Below are positions 7,959-19,274 of a DNA stretch of 64,000 nucleotides, piece after piece; position 1 is the stretch's first letter; each line of letters begins with the position of its first letter. The translations under genes were made by a program, and so were the position numbers. The stretch is taken from assembly GCA_965203315.1 (NCBI GenBank), contig OZ241857.1, positions 320,001 to 384,000 on the forward strand. Reading direction: 5' to 3'. Under the pieces are notes generated by a model, which worked only from the letters and a program-made list of their open reading frames with translations, was not told where the DNA came from and did no database searches. This stretch comes from Nitrosopumilus sp. Its GTDB lineage: Archaea > Thermoproteota > Nitrososphaeria > Nitrososphaerales > Nitrosopumilaceae.

Positions 7959-9929
7959 ATGGTTGAACAAAATTCAGAGCGTACAGTAATCAAAATTCCA
8001 TTACAAGAAAGCAAAATGCTAGAGATCACAAACAAATCTGTTCTGATTTACTCTGGTGACAAAGTTCAATTGACTGTACCGATACATAATGTAAGATCTA
8101 TAGTACCATCTAAAGAATCTAGTATCTCTATACATTACACAAAAGCCGATATAGAGCCCAGCAAGCTCAACTATGAGACTAAAAGTTACAAACTTGATAA
8201 TCATCAGCTCACTCCATCAAAGTTATGTAACAAAATACTTCGAGATCTGTCAAAGCAAAAAATAATTCCAGAGAACAAAGAAGGACTATTTTACCTTCGA
8301 CCAAAAGAATACATTGAACACACATGTCCTAACGTTGGAACAGGTCGATTCAGAGGATTATTGTACGTTACAAATTTTGGACTAGTACATGAACTAGATG
8401 GAGGAATATTTGTTGATATACTATATGATCAGATCGTCTCAATTGAAAAGTATAAAAACACAATTACTATAGAGTGGGGACATCTTTTACCTGCTGACGA
8501 TAATGTCTTTTCGTTTGATCTAGTATTCCCAAAAGAGATTGATCTAGATTCGTTATATTGGTCAATTAAAAAACAATTTGCAAATCCTTTTACCAAATTT
8601 GACTTTGATTACTCAATGGGAGATGACCATTACTTGAATTTAGATCTTAAAAAGATGTACAAATTAGCTCAAAGACAAGAGCCAGATTTTTACCGATGGA
8701 TCGAAAGTTGTTCTAAATTTATTTTTGGGCCTTTTGCTCCTGAATTTACAGATGTGGAAGACAATCTTATTCTGGCATGTAAAGTGAATGATTGGGACGT
8801 TGACTTGATCTCATCTATGAATGCTGAAGAAAAGCTTCAACGTCATTTTGCTAAAAGACAGCTTAAAACCTCAAAATTTATTCAAGACAATTTAGGCAAG
8901 TATCGAGAAGAGATAGAAATTCTCAACGAGTTTAATTCAAATTCTGATAAAGTTAGAGCAAATCTAGAAAACGATAGGGAATTTTTAGAATTGTATGAAA
9001 AGTTGATGGTTATTCGTGATAGAAATCCAGAGATCATACCTGTTGAATCTTGCATTAACAAGATGCGCGCCGAGTCATTACGATATTATGATAGGCGCGT
9101 TAAAATTTTATACGATGAATGGTGCAAGAACGAGCCTTTGCAGAACTTTACAGACGAGTACGATGATGAGTGGATCAAGTATCTGTTAAAGAGATTAAAG
9201 ACAGCACGTGGACGGAAGCCTATAAGTGATATTTGTCCTGATTATGAAGAATTAACTTTGGCACTATCGTTTCGTGATGATAGACGCAAAACGCTAGAGA
9301 ATTTTTCAGCTCCAAAAAATATAAAACAAAAATACATCTACAACAACTGCTGGTACAGCAGCGAACAAAAGATGTGGTATGTTCAAGATGATTACTTGAA
9401 TGAAGAACTAAAAGATCTAGTGGACTCTGATCTATCTCAATCCGAGAAGGTAATTGGTAGAAGAGCGTGGGGCTTTCAAAAGAACAAGGTCAAAATGTTT
9501 TGCGGATTTCCAAGTGTTGTGTATAATTCTGATGAAGAAGATTATGAAGTTGAAATATTTACTAGTAGAAAGACAGGTCAGTTGATGAATAGAACATTTT
9601 ATGAAGAGATGCACCACATACTGCCAATTCTACGAGACGACGACATCACCGAAGAGATGGAAAAGAATTATGGACGACTGTCGTACGAGTCTGACGAGAT
9701 CCGATACACAATTACTCCTGCTGGATCCGCATCTAATCACTCGCCTAAAATGCAAAAGATTTCAAATCAACGATACGGTTTTGCAGATATCCCTATTAAT
9801 GAACGGGTTAGACGGGCGATATTTGGTGTTGATACTGGTCTATTCTTCAATTCTGAAGCAGAACTAGATTCAGATATAGAATATTCTACAACATATCCAG
9901 ACACACTTTATGATGAGCGATTTGAGTAA
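7959..9929 (+). CDS. Hypothetical protein with two PH/GRAM-like N-terminal segments
   Basis: 656-aa ORF; LEITNKSVLI and GLLYVTNFGLV...ILYDQIVSIEK resemble PH-fold motifs. Confidence 0.6.
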   Translation: MVEQNSERTVIKIPLQESKMLEITNKSVLIYSGDKVQLTVPIHNVRSIVPSKESSISIHYTKADIEPSKLNYETKSYKLDNHQLTPSKLCNKILRDLSKQKIIPENKEGLFYLRPKEYIEHTCPNVGTGRFRGLLYVTNFGLVHELDGGIFVDILYDQIVSIEKYKNTITIEWGHLLPADDNVFSFDLVFPKEIDLDSLYWSIKKQFANPFTKFDFDYSMGDDHYLNLDLKKMYKLAQRQEPDFYRWIESCSKFIFGPFAPEFTDVEDNLILACKVNDWDVDLISSMNAEEKLQRHFAKRQLKTSKFIQDNLGKYREEIEILNEFNSNSDKVRANLENDREFLELYEKLMVIRDRNPEIIPVESCINKMRAESLRYYDRRVKILYDEWCKNEPLQNFTDEYDDEWIKYLLKRLKTARGRKPISDICPDYEELTLALSFRDDRRKTLENFSAPKNIKQKYIYNNCWYSSEQKMWYVQDDYLNEELKDLVDSDLSQSEKVIGRRAWGFQKNKVKMFCGFPSVVYNSDEEDYEVEIFTSRKTGQLMNRTFYEEMHHILPILRDDDITEEMEKNYGRLSYESDEIRYTITPAGSASNHSPKMQKISNQRYGFADIPINERVRRAIFGVDTGLFFNSEAELDSDIEYSTTYPDTLYDERFE

Positions 9930-10263
9930 TCATAGGAGTTCGTGCGAAAGTCGTTTTGAAGACTCTAGGCGCGCAGCAACAAAGACATTCCAAATTATAA
10001 ATTGATCTCAGGTTTGTGATCTGTGCAATTGTACGATTATACATGTAGAGTCAAAACAATGAATCATCCCTTGATATCTTACAATATCATTAGACTGTAT
10101 GCGCATTATTGAGAGTGTCCGTGCCCAATCATCAAACATGACAACAATGAATCAATTTGCCTCTAGAAATTACATCTATGTTTTATTGTACCTTAAAATA
10201 TGCGTATGATGTAAGAAATGCACATACAGTATATTAACCGCCAAAATTTTGTTGTTTTATAAG

Positions 10264-11933
10264 TAGATATCATGTATAATTCGTTATTCACATGAACGCT
10301 CTTTGTTGATTAAAATAACTTGTTGTATCGTAAATTACAGAAAAAATAACATGTACTCTGGCATTTATTCAAATTAGAAATAACAAAGACGCCGCAAAAT
10401 ACGGCACGTTAGCACAAAGTTGTACTAAATCGTACAAAATTGTACACGATTGTACACAAATACACAGAAATCAAAAGAACGTGCGCAGTCTTGGGACCAT
10501 ATTCTGTATCAAATGTGTTTTGATGTCTAAATTTTACTTTTTTGTCCGAGCTTTTTTTCTGTGTTTGTGTCTTTCTCTATGTCGACGAAACTCTTCCAAT
10601 TCTATCAAGCGTTTCGATGGTTTGTTGTTCTCCTTGTCCCATAATATATCGTGGTTGACAAGAGACGCTACTGCTGCGGTTTTGCGTTGAAACTGTGGTT
10701 TGGTACCTTCAAACTGATCATTCATGCAACCAAACTGTCTTAACATTCCAACGGAGTGTTCAACAACTATACGAATTGCCGCAATCCATTGATTGTACTC
10801 TTTTTGTTCTTGCGTGAGTTCACCATTTTTCGGTTTCTTGTATGGAACATAGACACATGAGCCCAACATATCATCGTACAGTCCTACATATGCAGCATCT
10901 CCAAATTGCTCTGGTCTTTGATGGTATGGCGTATTTGGATCTAGTAGCTTTTCCCAGTACCCTGTGAAATCTTCAAACATTGATCGTAGTATGTTTATCT
11001 CTGATGTATCGGCATAGTACACCTTACTAATACACAGAATCAATTTGTCTTGATTTGTTAGGATCACTTGACGATAGACGTGTTTCTTTGACTTGCCTGA
11101 ATAAGCTGCTGTTTCATCCTTTGATTTTTTTGGTTTGTCTATCTCTGTCTCGAATCCATCCACGAATATTCTGCCACCTCTTTCGCCTGGTACCCATCTC
11201 TTGAACTCTCTAGTTGTTTTACAACTAGCGATCTTTTCAAATATGTTCTCTACCGAAGAACTATTGGTCTCTAAAAATTTCGATACGTATGCTAGATGTC
11301 GAGATACCGTACCTTGATCTAGATCAAACAAACCTCCGATCTTCCATTGTGATAGACCACACCTCAAATACGCGATTATCATGAACAGATAATACTTGGA
11401 CATGTATCTGCACACGTTTCCTTGTGTTACAAAGATATCTGAGAACTGTGGGGTTTTATTTGGATGTTCTTCTATATACTCTACAAACCGTTTGTGTAGG
11501 TCATCAAATCGCTCTTGTGGCATCCTAACGTACGTATAGAAGAGATTTGGTTTGCTCATTATTCTGTTCCAAAACTCTAACACGTGTTGCGTATCTCGTT
11601 TATTCGTTTTACGTTGAAGTGAACACATCCACATCGATTCTTCGATCTTTTGTCTGGCATGTGCAAAGTCGAGTTTCTCTTTCAACTCTTTGATTTCGGT
11701 CTTTAATTCTTTGATTTTAGTTCTCGATTCATCACGTTCACTAGTTACTTTGGCTAGTTTTCGTTCTAACGATTGTATCTTTTTGCTTTCTGCATCAGAG
11801 CATACTGTAACACTCTTCATAATGGCTATTCTACACATTACCTATCTAAGCAACTAGGTCAGATTCTGTTTATAAGGAGGTAAACTAAATCTTACCGTTT
11901 GCGCCTGTGAAAACGAATTATACATGATATCTA
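10264..11933 (-). mobile_element. IS5-family (ISL2/PIF-Harbinger-like) insertion sequence
   Basis: Inverted termini TAGATATCATGTATAATTCGTT at 10264 and ending at 11933 (outer TA possibly the target duplication). Confidence 0.9.
10534..11838 (-). CDS. IS5-family DDE transposase with N-terminal coiled coil
   Basis: FDLDQGTVSR HTH, IFVDGFE, YSGKSKKH, GDAAY, RIVVEHSVG. Confidence 0.9.
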   Translation of the reverse strand: MCRIAIMKSVTVCSDAESKKIQSLERKLAKVTSERDESRTKIKELKTEIKELKEKLDFAHARQKIEESMWMCSLQRKTNKRDTQHVLEFWNRIMSKPNLFYTYVRMPQERFDDLHKRFVEYIEEHPNKTPQFSDIFVTQGNVCRYMSKYYLFMIIAYLRCGLSQWKIGGLFDLDQGTVSRHLAYVSKFLETNSSSVENIFEKIASCKTTREFKRWVPGERGGRIFVDGFETEIDKPKKSKDETAAYSGKSKKHVYRQVILTNQDKLILCISKVYYADTSEINILRSMFEDFTGYWEKLLDPNTPYHQRPEQFGDAAYVGLYDDMLGSCVYVPYKKPKNGELTQEQKEYNQWIAAIRIVVEHSVGMLRQFGCMNDQFEGTKPQFQRKTAAVASLVNHDILWDKENNKPSKRLIELEEFRRHRERHKHRKKARTKK

Positions 11934-12540
11934 GTAATTCCAAGTTCTCGTACATGTTACTGAATGAATCATTTTGTCGCTTTGCTTTTTCTATGTCAAA
12001 ATTTCGCAAAATTTCTATCATCGCATGAGTCCTTCTTCGACCTCTTGTCAAATCAGAAAATATCGTTTTAGAAATTTTTTCGGTTTTATCATAATCTATA
12101 TTTGAACCAGATATATACCAACTTTCAATCTGCTTGTTTACTATCAATACATATTTCTTAGCAATTTCATATTGTTTAGATCTCGTTTGTTGCTTTTTAT
12201 CTTCTGAATCATCATCTTTGTCTGCTAACATGATATAGTAATCACGATTTGCTTTATTATTCTTAATGTAAGAGTTAATGTAGTGATTTGGTTCATTAAT
12301 ATATAGTCAAGGACAAAAACAAGTTAACACTTTTTTGTTTCAAGTTGTATTGGTTGATTAGGACATATCATAATAGAACATTATTAATTTTTAGCGTTAT
12401 GTTATTTCTTTTGCTATGGAATGTGGCACATGTGCTCTCCACATTTGATTACTATGGTCAAATACTAGTGTGAACTTATTTTTGTCCTCGACTATAGTGC
12501 CGTGAATATGTTTTTTGGCATACAGCTAAATTGATTGTTT
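11934..12540 (-). pseudogene. TOPRIM/DUF4276-like gene fragment hit by a MITE and by the IS5 element
   Basis: Open frame YIMLADKD...IESWYISG continues across the MITE at 12302-12496; 3' end cut by the IS5 terminus. Confidence 0.5.
12302..12496. mobile_element. MITE family A (IS630-type, TA-flanked), copy 1
   Basis: TIR TATAGTC(A/G)AGGACAAAAA(C/T)AAGTT; reverse complement of 60370..60564. Confidence 0.92.
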
Positions 12541-12626
12541 ACCTACAATTCTCAGTGTGAAACGTTAGAAAAAATTTATTAATTATTAATTTTTAAACAT
12601 CACATTGATTCTGTCTTATACCAAAA

Positions 12627-13070
12627 CTATTTAAATTCAGAATTTTCGTTTGCCCAGTTAGGATTCTTTCTAATTTTGGCACTAGCGCGTTTATTTTTAA
12701 ATGCCTTCAGAGGTGTTTCGCCATTATCGATATCTAGTGAGAGATAAAGTCTGTCTTTGTTATAGTAATTGATGTATGCTCTTATGCTCTCGGAATGTTT
12801 AATCTCTGATTCAAATGTTCCAAAGAATCTTTCCAGCTTGCCATTGGTCTGAGGATGATTTGCTCTTGCAAGTACTTGTTTTATGTTGCGCTTGCTTAAT
12901 TCTGCTTCAAATAATGTAAGTTTTTTACGCCCGTTCTTTGGTTTTTTAGCAGATGTAAATTGTGTTTCACGATTAGATAGTATCTGTGTTGCGGTTCTTT
13001 TAATTTATCTGATGTGGCTATTGGCAGTATTGGGAAAGCCGTTTCGATCTGTGTATCGATTGAAAGAACA
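12627..13070 (-). pseudogene. IS481-family transposase remnant (rve core)
   Basis: LARANHPQTNGKLERFFGTFE...YINYYNKDR...GETP; 5' part lost. Confidence 0.8.
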
Positions 13071-13402
13071 TGTAACTCAAAATAAGTTCTGACACAGTGC
13101 ATCACTGCTATCATTCACTATACTCATTAATAAAAAACTATCTTCATAGGGTAAAAAAGGAGTTTGTTTACTACATTTTGATTCATGGAGATTTGATCAC
13201 GTTATTGATCAAAAACTTATTTTTGGTGAGATATTAAATTAAGAGATGAAACAGATTGACTTTTAATTAATCTCACTCATCTTATCTTTTAACAGATTTC
13301 AAATATTAAATCCACGCTTTACTCAAGAGTCCTTTGGAGACGATAACACACAATCGACTTGTGAATATACTTTGCAAGTCGAAAAACCACATTGTGTTTT
13401 AG

Positions 13403-15508
13403 TCACAACTCTACGATCACTGCTGCTTTTTGGTTCTCGTCTAGCTCTGCACCGACCGCATTTAGTATGTGTTTGGGCAATACGAGACTAGAAAAGTCCA
13501 TCATCTTTAGATCATTGACTAGATATACGCGTGGCGCAACATCAGAGTGACGAGATTTTAAGAATTCACCCAACTCTTCGACTATGGATATTGCTCCCCC
13601 TTGAAAGATCTTGCCGTTCTTGATTCCTAGTTTCATCTTGCCAAATCTATCCAATATCGCTATGTGATGTCGCTCTCTCTTGCCAAAGAGTCGCTTCAGC
13701 ATTACATGACCCATGAATACTAGATAGTGATCCGATTCAAAGCATAGATCTATTAAATTTGGATTCAATTGCATTATATCTGATACTTGATGCCTGGATT
13801 CATCTAGAGTGAACACACTCTTTGATGTTCCTACACTATCCATCTCTACATTTCCCATTGCAGATACACGCAGTACAGACTTTTCGGCCATATACTCACT
13901 GTCTATACTAACGGACTCTGGTATGGCTCCCTTTTCTACCAACATTTCGTGAATCTTTTTGTGAGCTGTTGCAATCTTTTCTGGGGTTGGGTTTATCATG
14001 GATATCTCTAACTGTTCTTGCAGCAGGGCCGATGCAGCACCTATGGATGATATCACCTCTGCATGTTTGGCTTTCTCGTACTTCATCTGTAACTGCTTTG
14101 TAGCAAATGGTACCAAGACAGATGCTCCTCCACCACCGCCAATAACCTTTGTAGTATGCATATCCATCTTGTACTCTTTGAGTATCTTACTGATCGCTTT
14201 TGTTATCTCGAACGATGATGTCTGTATTATCGACATTGCAGCTTCTGTATACGATGTACCTACATATTCGCCCAACTTTCGCAATGCTACCTTGGCTGAT
14301 GTAATGTTGGCATACGAGTAGTCGTTAGGCTCTATCATCTCTAGCGCATTTGCAGCACATGTGTTTGTTATTGCATATGTGTCATCACCACATCGTATCG
14401 CAACATACTCTGAGTCGTTTGGTTTGGGACGAACCATCACTATCTCTCCTTGCTCCAACTTGGCAGGGTCTGCAAAACAAGAGTACTCTAGTCCCGCAAT
14501 ATGTGCACTGCGAGGACCAACACTAGATATCCTGTTCTGATGTATAGATATCATACTGCCGCCTGCAACTCCAAGTATTCTAACATCCATCGATCTGATA
14601 CATGTGGGATGATCGTTTATCGTCACGTATCGAATCTCTGGTTTGCCGTTCTTTATTATACAGATATTGGTGCTGGTTCCACCAACCTCTACAAATATTC
14701 CATTACTGATCTTTAGATACAACAGTGCACCTGCAACACTAGCTGCAGGACCAGACAAGACAGTCAAGATCGGTTTCGTCTTGAATGTATTCATGTCGGT
14801 TACTCCACCATCACCACGCATTATCAATAGTGGCGCAGAGACACCCACACCTCGTATAGCTTCTTCCACATAATTTGCTACTTGGACTGTCTTGGGTAGT
14901 ACACTTGCATTTACTGTTGCAGTCAGAGTACGAATCTCTAAACCATATACGCCAGACAGTTCATGTGATGATGTAGATGGTAGACCATGTTTTGCAGCAT
15001 GCTCCATCACAAAAGTTTCATTTGATGGATCATCGACACCAAAGGCTTCTGTAGCTACAATAACCTCTGCTCCATCACCCTTTAAGCGATTTATGGTATC
15101 ACCTACCTCTTGTTCTGTTATCAGATGTGATGTATCCAAGAACTCGTGACAGACATCTAGGTCTTGATGTGTATTTATGCTAGGATCATCTAGTTTGGTA
15201 CGTTTTATGACATCTCGTTTGGTGGGACCCACACCCATTGCAACTATGCCCACCTTGTAAGTGTCAGATTCTAGTAATGCATTGATCGCTTGAGTGGTAC
15301 TATGAGATATCAACTCGATATCTTGTACGTTTATTCCAGACTCTTGCACAACCTTGGTTAACGTATTTACAATACCTTCAGAGACTCCTTGTCTTGATCT
15401 ATGTGTTGTAGGTATGGTCGCAAGACCCAGTATATTGCCTGTCTGTATGTCTATAGCTACTGCTTTTGTAAATGTGCCTCCAACGTCAATACCTACTCTG
15501 ATCCTCAA
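13403..15508 (-). CDS. Hydantoinase/oxoprolinase family protein
   Basis: GIDVGGTFTK, LSGPAAS, EVGGTST; 4-bp overlap with the FTR1 gene. Confidence 0.85.
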   Translation of the reverse strand: MRIRVGIDVGGTFTKAVAIDIQTGNILGLATIPTTHRSRQGVSEGIVNTLTKVVQESGINVQDIELISHSTTQAINALLESDTYKVGIVAMGVGPTKRDVIKRTKLDDPSINTHQDLDVCHEFLDTSHLITEQEVGDTINRLKGDGAEVIVATEAFGVDDPSNETFVMEHAAKHGLPSTSSHELSGVYGLEIRTLTATVNASVLPKTVQVANYVEEAIRGVGVSAPLLIMRGDGGVTDMNTFKTKPILTVLSGPAASVAGALLYLKISNGIFVEVGGTSTNICIIKNGKPEIRYVTINDHPTCIRSMDVRILGVAGGSMISIHQNRISSVGPRSAHIAGLEYSCFADPAKLEQGEIVMVRPKPNDSEYVAIRCGDDTYAITNTCAANALEMIEPNDYSYANITSAKVALRKLGEYVGTSYTEAAMSIIQTSSFEITKAISKILKEYKMDMHTTKVIGGGGGASVLVPFATKQLQMKYEKAKHAEVISSIGAASALLQEQLEISMINPTPEKIATAHKKIHEMLVEKGAIPESVSIDSEYMAEKSVLRVSAMGNVEMDSVGTSKSVFTLDESRHQVSDIMQLNPNLIDLCFESDHYLVFMGHVMLKRLFGKRERHHIAILDRFGKMKLGIKNGKIFQGGAISIVEELGEFLKSRHSDVAPRVYLVNDLKMMDFSSLVLPKHILNAVGAELDENQKAAVIVEL

Positions 15509-17676
15509 CTGTTTGTACCTCGTGACTTTCGCATCGCAGCAATCTCTCTCTCTCTTCTCGGTCGCATTACCAAGACGTATGTAGCTGCTACTAGATATAT
15601 TCCAAGCAATACTAGCTGGGCGATTACCGTCTCAAGTGTAGGGTATATTCCAGTTAATGTGGCCATGTTGATATCGAGTCTAGGAATTGTACCCAACATA
15701 CTAGTATACGGTACAACATCGATTATCTGTAGTTCACGTATGCCGTTTCCGATAAACGCAATAGATAGATATGCACCTATGCCCATCGTTAGTCCAAACA
15801 ATATTCGTAACGGTAACAACTTTCCGAGTCTCCTCATCACAAAATATATCACGAGCAATGTTCCAATACCTAGTATGAATCCCAATCCGACATACAATTC
15901 TAGATACTTTGCAAAACTAAACATTGCTTGATAGAACAACACTGTCTCAAATCCTTCTCTATACACTGTAAAGAACGACAACATTACAAAGACCATCACA
16001 CTTCCAGTAGTGGTGGCCTGCCAAACTTTGGCCTTTACAAACTCCATCCACTTTTTATGCTCTATCTTGTTTAATATCCAGAAACTCACATAAAACAAGA
16101 CCGCTGTAGCAGATAACGCAGCTATTGCCTCAACGAGTTCTCTGCTCGCGCCAGATATCTCTATGATATATGATGCGACAAACCACGTTGCTGCCGTTGC
16201 ACCAATTGCTGCTATTATTCCATAGTGTACAAAAGGTTTGAATCTATTATTTCGCGATGCTTCTAGATACGTTAAAATCGCTCCAAGAATTAATACGGAT
16301 TCTAACCCTTCTCTAAATATTATCGCAAACGATGCAGTAAAAGCAATCATGGGTGCCAGCTGACCAGTACCAGTTACTAGCCTTTCAGACTCGTCTAGGT
16401 TTCTCTCGATCTCTACTGCTACTCGACGTATCTCTTTGATATCTGCTTGTTCTTTGATCAAGTTTCGCAGTTCAGCAAATTGATACTCTACCTCTAGAGT
16501 AAAATCTGGATCGATTGGACGCAACGGAACTTCTACATGTTCATAACTATCTAGATATGCAGTTCTAGCTGCTGCATACGCTGACGTAATATCTCCTTTT
16601 TCATAGTGTACCAACATGTCTTGTATGGTCGTACGAATAAAGTCTATCTCGTTTCGAACTCGTTCTTGTTGCTCGTTTGTAGAGTCTCCTCTCTCTTTGA
16701 GCTGTTGTTCTGTTGGTTCAACGTTTACTGCTAAATATTCTACAGTTATTGTTCTTGCTCTATCTAGATCACTCTGTATACCTGATAACAACTCTTTGAT
16801 CATCTCTGGACTCTGTTCTTCTTGTATCATCTGTCGTAGATCCTCACGCATTCTGATCTCTAACGAGTACATCAGTTCGGCATCTGCAGCTTCCAAGACC
16901 GGCTCAATATACTCATAGTTTTCTAGATATGCTTCTATTGAATACTCTTCGGCAGATACATAATCGCCTGAATCTATAGCTAGTATCATCTCATTATATA
17001 ATGCGTCTATGGTATTGTATAGTATCATCTGATCATGAGATGCAATTGTACCAGTTAGATCCATTTGAATTGCACCTACTAGCAAACCAATCTTTGAATA
17101 CGGCTCGTTTCTCTCTACCAGTTCTGTCAGATCAGCAAAGAACGAGAGTTGTTCTAAATCCAACATTACTTTTTCATCTGCGTCGCTCTCATAGATCTCT
17201 CTCGCTCTGTCAAATAGTATCTTTGCTATATCGTACGCAGCCTCGTTTTCGTTCTTTTCAGATATTTGATATTGCTCATCAGCTATGGTCAAGAGGTCAA
17301 CTATTGTACCCTCTGGTGCCGGAATATCGTACATCTCTAATCTCTCTGTTATGTTTGATATCGAGTTTATGGCACTAGGTGTGTCTAGTTGTGGTATATC
17401 TAGTATATCTAGATGTATCTCGTCTGTCAACGTACTGTCAAACTCACGTAACGTTGAGAGACCTAGACCAAAATGTCTCGATGCAACCTCTAACGAATAC
17501 TTTGCTGCCTCTGTATCACCATCTTGATATCGAGTATCTGCTACCATCAGCCCCGCCTTTGCCGTCTCTAGTGTTGCAATTGGTGAGCCTGTCAGACTCT
17601 GATATGATATATTGGGAAGTGCTAGAAAGAGCAAGATTATTCCTGTTATGACTGTCATAGTCCTGTTGTGCGTCAA
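15505..17676 (-). CDS. FTR1-family iron permease with large extracellular helical domain
   Basis: REGLE and REGFE motifs in TM region; repeated AYL(E/D)xYE. Confidence 0.92.
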   Translation of the reverse strand: MTHNRTMTVITGIILLFLALPNISYQSLTGSPIATLETAKAGLMVADTRYQDGDTEAAKYSLEVASRHFGLGLSTLREFDSTLTDEIHLDILDIPQLDTPSAINSISNITERLEMYDIPAPEGTIVDLLTIADEQYQISEKNENEAAYDIAKILFDRAREIYESDADEKVMLDLEQLSFFADLTELVERNEPYSKIGLLVGAIQMDLTGTIASHDQMILYNTIDALYNEMILAIDSGDYVSAEEYSIEAYLENYEYIEPVLEAADAELMYSLEIRMREDLRQMIQEEQSPEMIKELLSGIQSDLDRARTITVEYLAVNVEPTEQQLKERGDSTNEQQERVRNEIDFIRTTIQDMLVHYEKGDITSAYAAARTAYLDSYEHVEVPLRPIDPDFTLEVEYQFAELRNLIKEQADIKEIRRVAVEIERNLDESERLVTGTGQLAPMIAFTASFAIIFREGLESVLILGAILTYLEASRNNRFKPFVHYGIIAAIGATAATWFVASYIIEISGASRELVEAIAALSATAVLFYVSFWILNKIEHKKWMEFVKAKVWQATTTGSVMVFVMLSFFTVYREGFETVLFYQAMFSFAKYLELYVGLGFILGIGTLLVIYFVMRRLGKLLPLRILFGLTMGIGAYLSIAFIGNGIRELQIIDVVPYTSMLGTIPRLDINMATLTGIYPTLETVIAQLVLLGIYLVAATYVLVMRPRREREIAAMRKSRGTNS

Positions 17677-18062
17677 TATGCTGTACTTGACTCTGTGTGG
17701 TTGTTATTTAAAAAACAACTTGATTCTAAACTTTTAGAACATCTCTTTATCGTGTATGGTGTCTCTAATGTGGTCTATCGAGTCCTCGAGATGTCTATAC
17801 ATTAGATCTGTGTGGGAACAGGCCATATTGACTATGTGCAGATCTGCATGATACTTGTAACCGTTATTGCATGGTCTAGGATCTGTTCAGTTTACAGTCA
17901 ATATATCGTTCACAATCAAAGTATGTTTTTGTAGTATACTGCAAAGTAGATCTATGATCAACGTCCATCTTGTCAATGTGTCAAAGTATGCTTTTGTAGA
18001 GTTAAAGACATCCGTTATCAACCGAATCAAACAACTGTTTTATACAAAAAGGGTTATCAGAG

Positions 18063-18563
18063 TTATCTACGAATATGTTTAAAATCCTTAGGCATTCGGA
18101 ATTCAGAATTGTATAACAGGGTTAGAATCTCATCAGCCTCATCAAAGCTTTTAATTCCTTTATCTTCCAACATTAGGATCAATCCAATTAATCCTATGTG
18201 TTTTAGTTTTGAGTTTGATGCTAGCTTTCGTGCATCACCATCATCTAATACGCAGTAGACATTATTCTTGCATCCTCCTAGTTTCAAATAGGTCAAGATT
18301 ACATCTATCTCGCCATATTCTAGCCTGTGTCCTACTAGTTGAAAAGTTTCGATCTCTTTTAGCGAATTGATTTCTATTCGTTTGAGTTTACGTTCTTTGA
18401 GTAATTTTTGAACATTTATGCGTGATGGCTTGGACTCTAACTCTTTTTGAACATATTTTGGGATCACTAGTTCATGTCCCAACTTTAAAATATCATCAAA
18501 GACGTCTGGTCTATTGATATCGTCAAATATTCCAATCAATACAGACGAATCCAATATCTTCAT
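18063..18563 (-). CDS. PIN-domain (DUF3368-like) toxin, pair 1
   Basis: ILDSSVLI...GEIDVI...LDDGDARK. Confidence 0.85.
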   Translation of the reverse strand: MKILDSSVLIGIFDDINRPDVFDDILKLGHELVIPKYVQKELESKPSRINVQKLLKERKLKRIEINSLKEIETFQLVGHRLEYGEIDVILTYLKLGGCKNNVYCVLDDGDARKLASNSKLKHIGLIGLILMLEDKGIKSFDEADEILTLLYNSEFRMPKDFKHIRR

Positions 18564-19174
18564 AACTCTAGTCTCAATAGTCCTCTAGCACGCATCTTGT
18601 CGCGCATATAGTATATTGATTTGCCCAACAACTCTCCTCCTCGTCCACCGCTAAACTTTTCTTTTGCAATCATTGAAAATATATGCTCTTCGATATCTGG
18701 TTTGAGTTTTTCATATGTTTTAGAACCTTTGGTCATCTCTGGATACTTGCAGTACATGTATGATAACATCTCTGGAATAGTTACATCATTTAAGGAATCT
18801 TTATAGTTATGAAATACCCATGACATCTTTGGGTCAAGTAGGTCTGGAACTTCTGGGAATCCACCTTTCTCCTCTCCAATGATTCTGGCGTACTCTGTGC
18901 TATGTTTGGTTAATTGAATGACGTTGTCGTTTTCTACCAGCATGTTCATTTGTACTAGACGCGCCAAAGTATCCTCCAGAACAGTACTGTATGGTCCATC
19001 ATCTCTTATTGTAAAATCACACCACTCTCTTATTTCTGGATAGGGATCACCCAGTACGTACATCATTAGTTGAAGTTTATGTCTACCGTGTATGGGCTCA
19101 TCATCTACGTATGCCAGTAAAATGATGTACTTTTCTAGTTCGCTGATCTCCAGAGTTGCAGTGTCTATTGCCAT
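18560..19174 (-). CDS. Putative antitoxin, wHTH (SocA/YwgA-like) plus UPF0175-like C-terminus, pair 1
   Basis: GRHKLQ...GPYS...L; C-terminal EKFSGGRGGELLG; ATGA overlap with the PIN gene. Confidence 0.7.
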   Translation of the reverse strand: MAIDTATLEISELEKYIILLAYVDDEPIHGRHKLQLMMYVLGDPYPEIREWCDFTIRDDGPYSTVLEDTLARLVQMNMLVENDNVIQLTKHSTEYARIIGEEKGGFPEVPDLLDPKMSWVFHNYKDSLNDVTIPEMLSYMYCKYPEMTKGSKTYEKLKPDIEEHIFSMIAKEKFSGGRGGELLGKSIYYMRDKMRARGLLRLEL

Positions 19175-19274
19175 GCCATGTTATCCATATAACGACATAA
19201 AAATATTCTAGAATTGTACAGTCATGGTCCAGTACGATCCTTTTCGGTTTGATATTGTTAGTGGTTAAATTTTA

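Noticed and set aside
13998-17651. Many plus-strand ORFs overlapping the hydantoinase and FTR1 genes (similar cases elsewhere)
   Set aside because: Antisense shadows of well-supported genes
17724-17739. TTCTAAA-CT-TTTAGAA palindrome upstream of FTR1 as an iron box or fifth palindrome copy
   Set aside because: The spacer differs from the 22-bp motif, and a short AT-rich match can arise by chance
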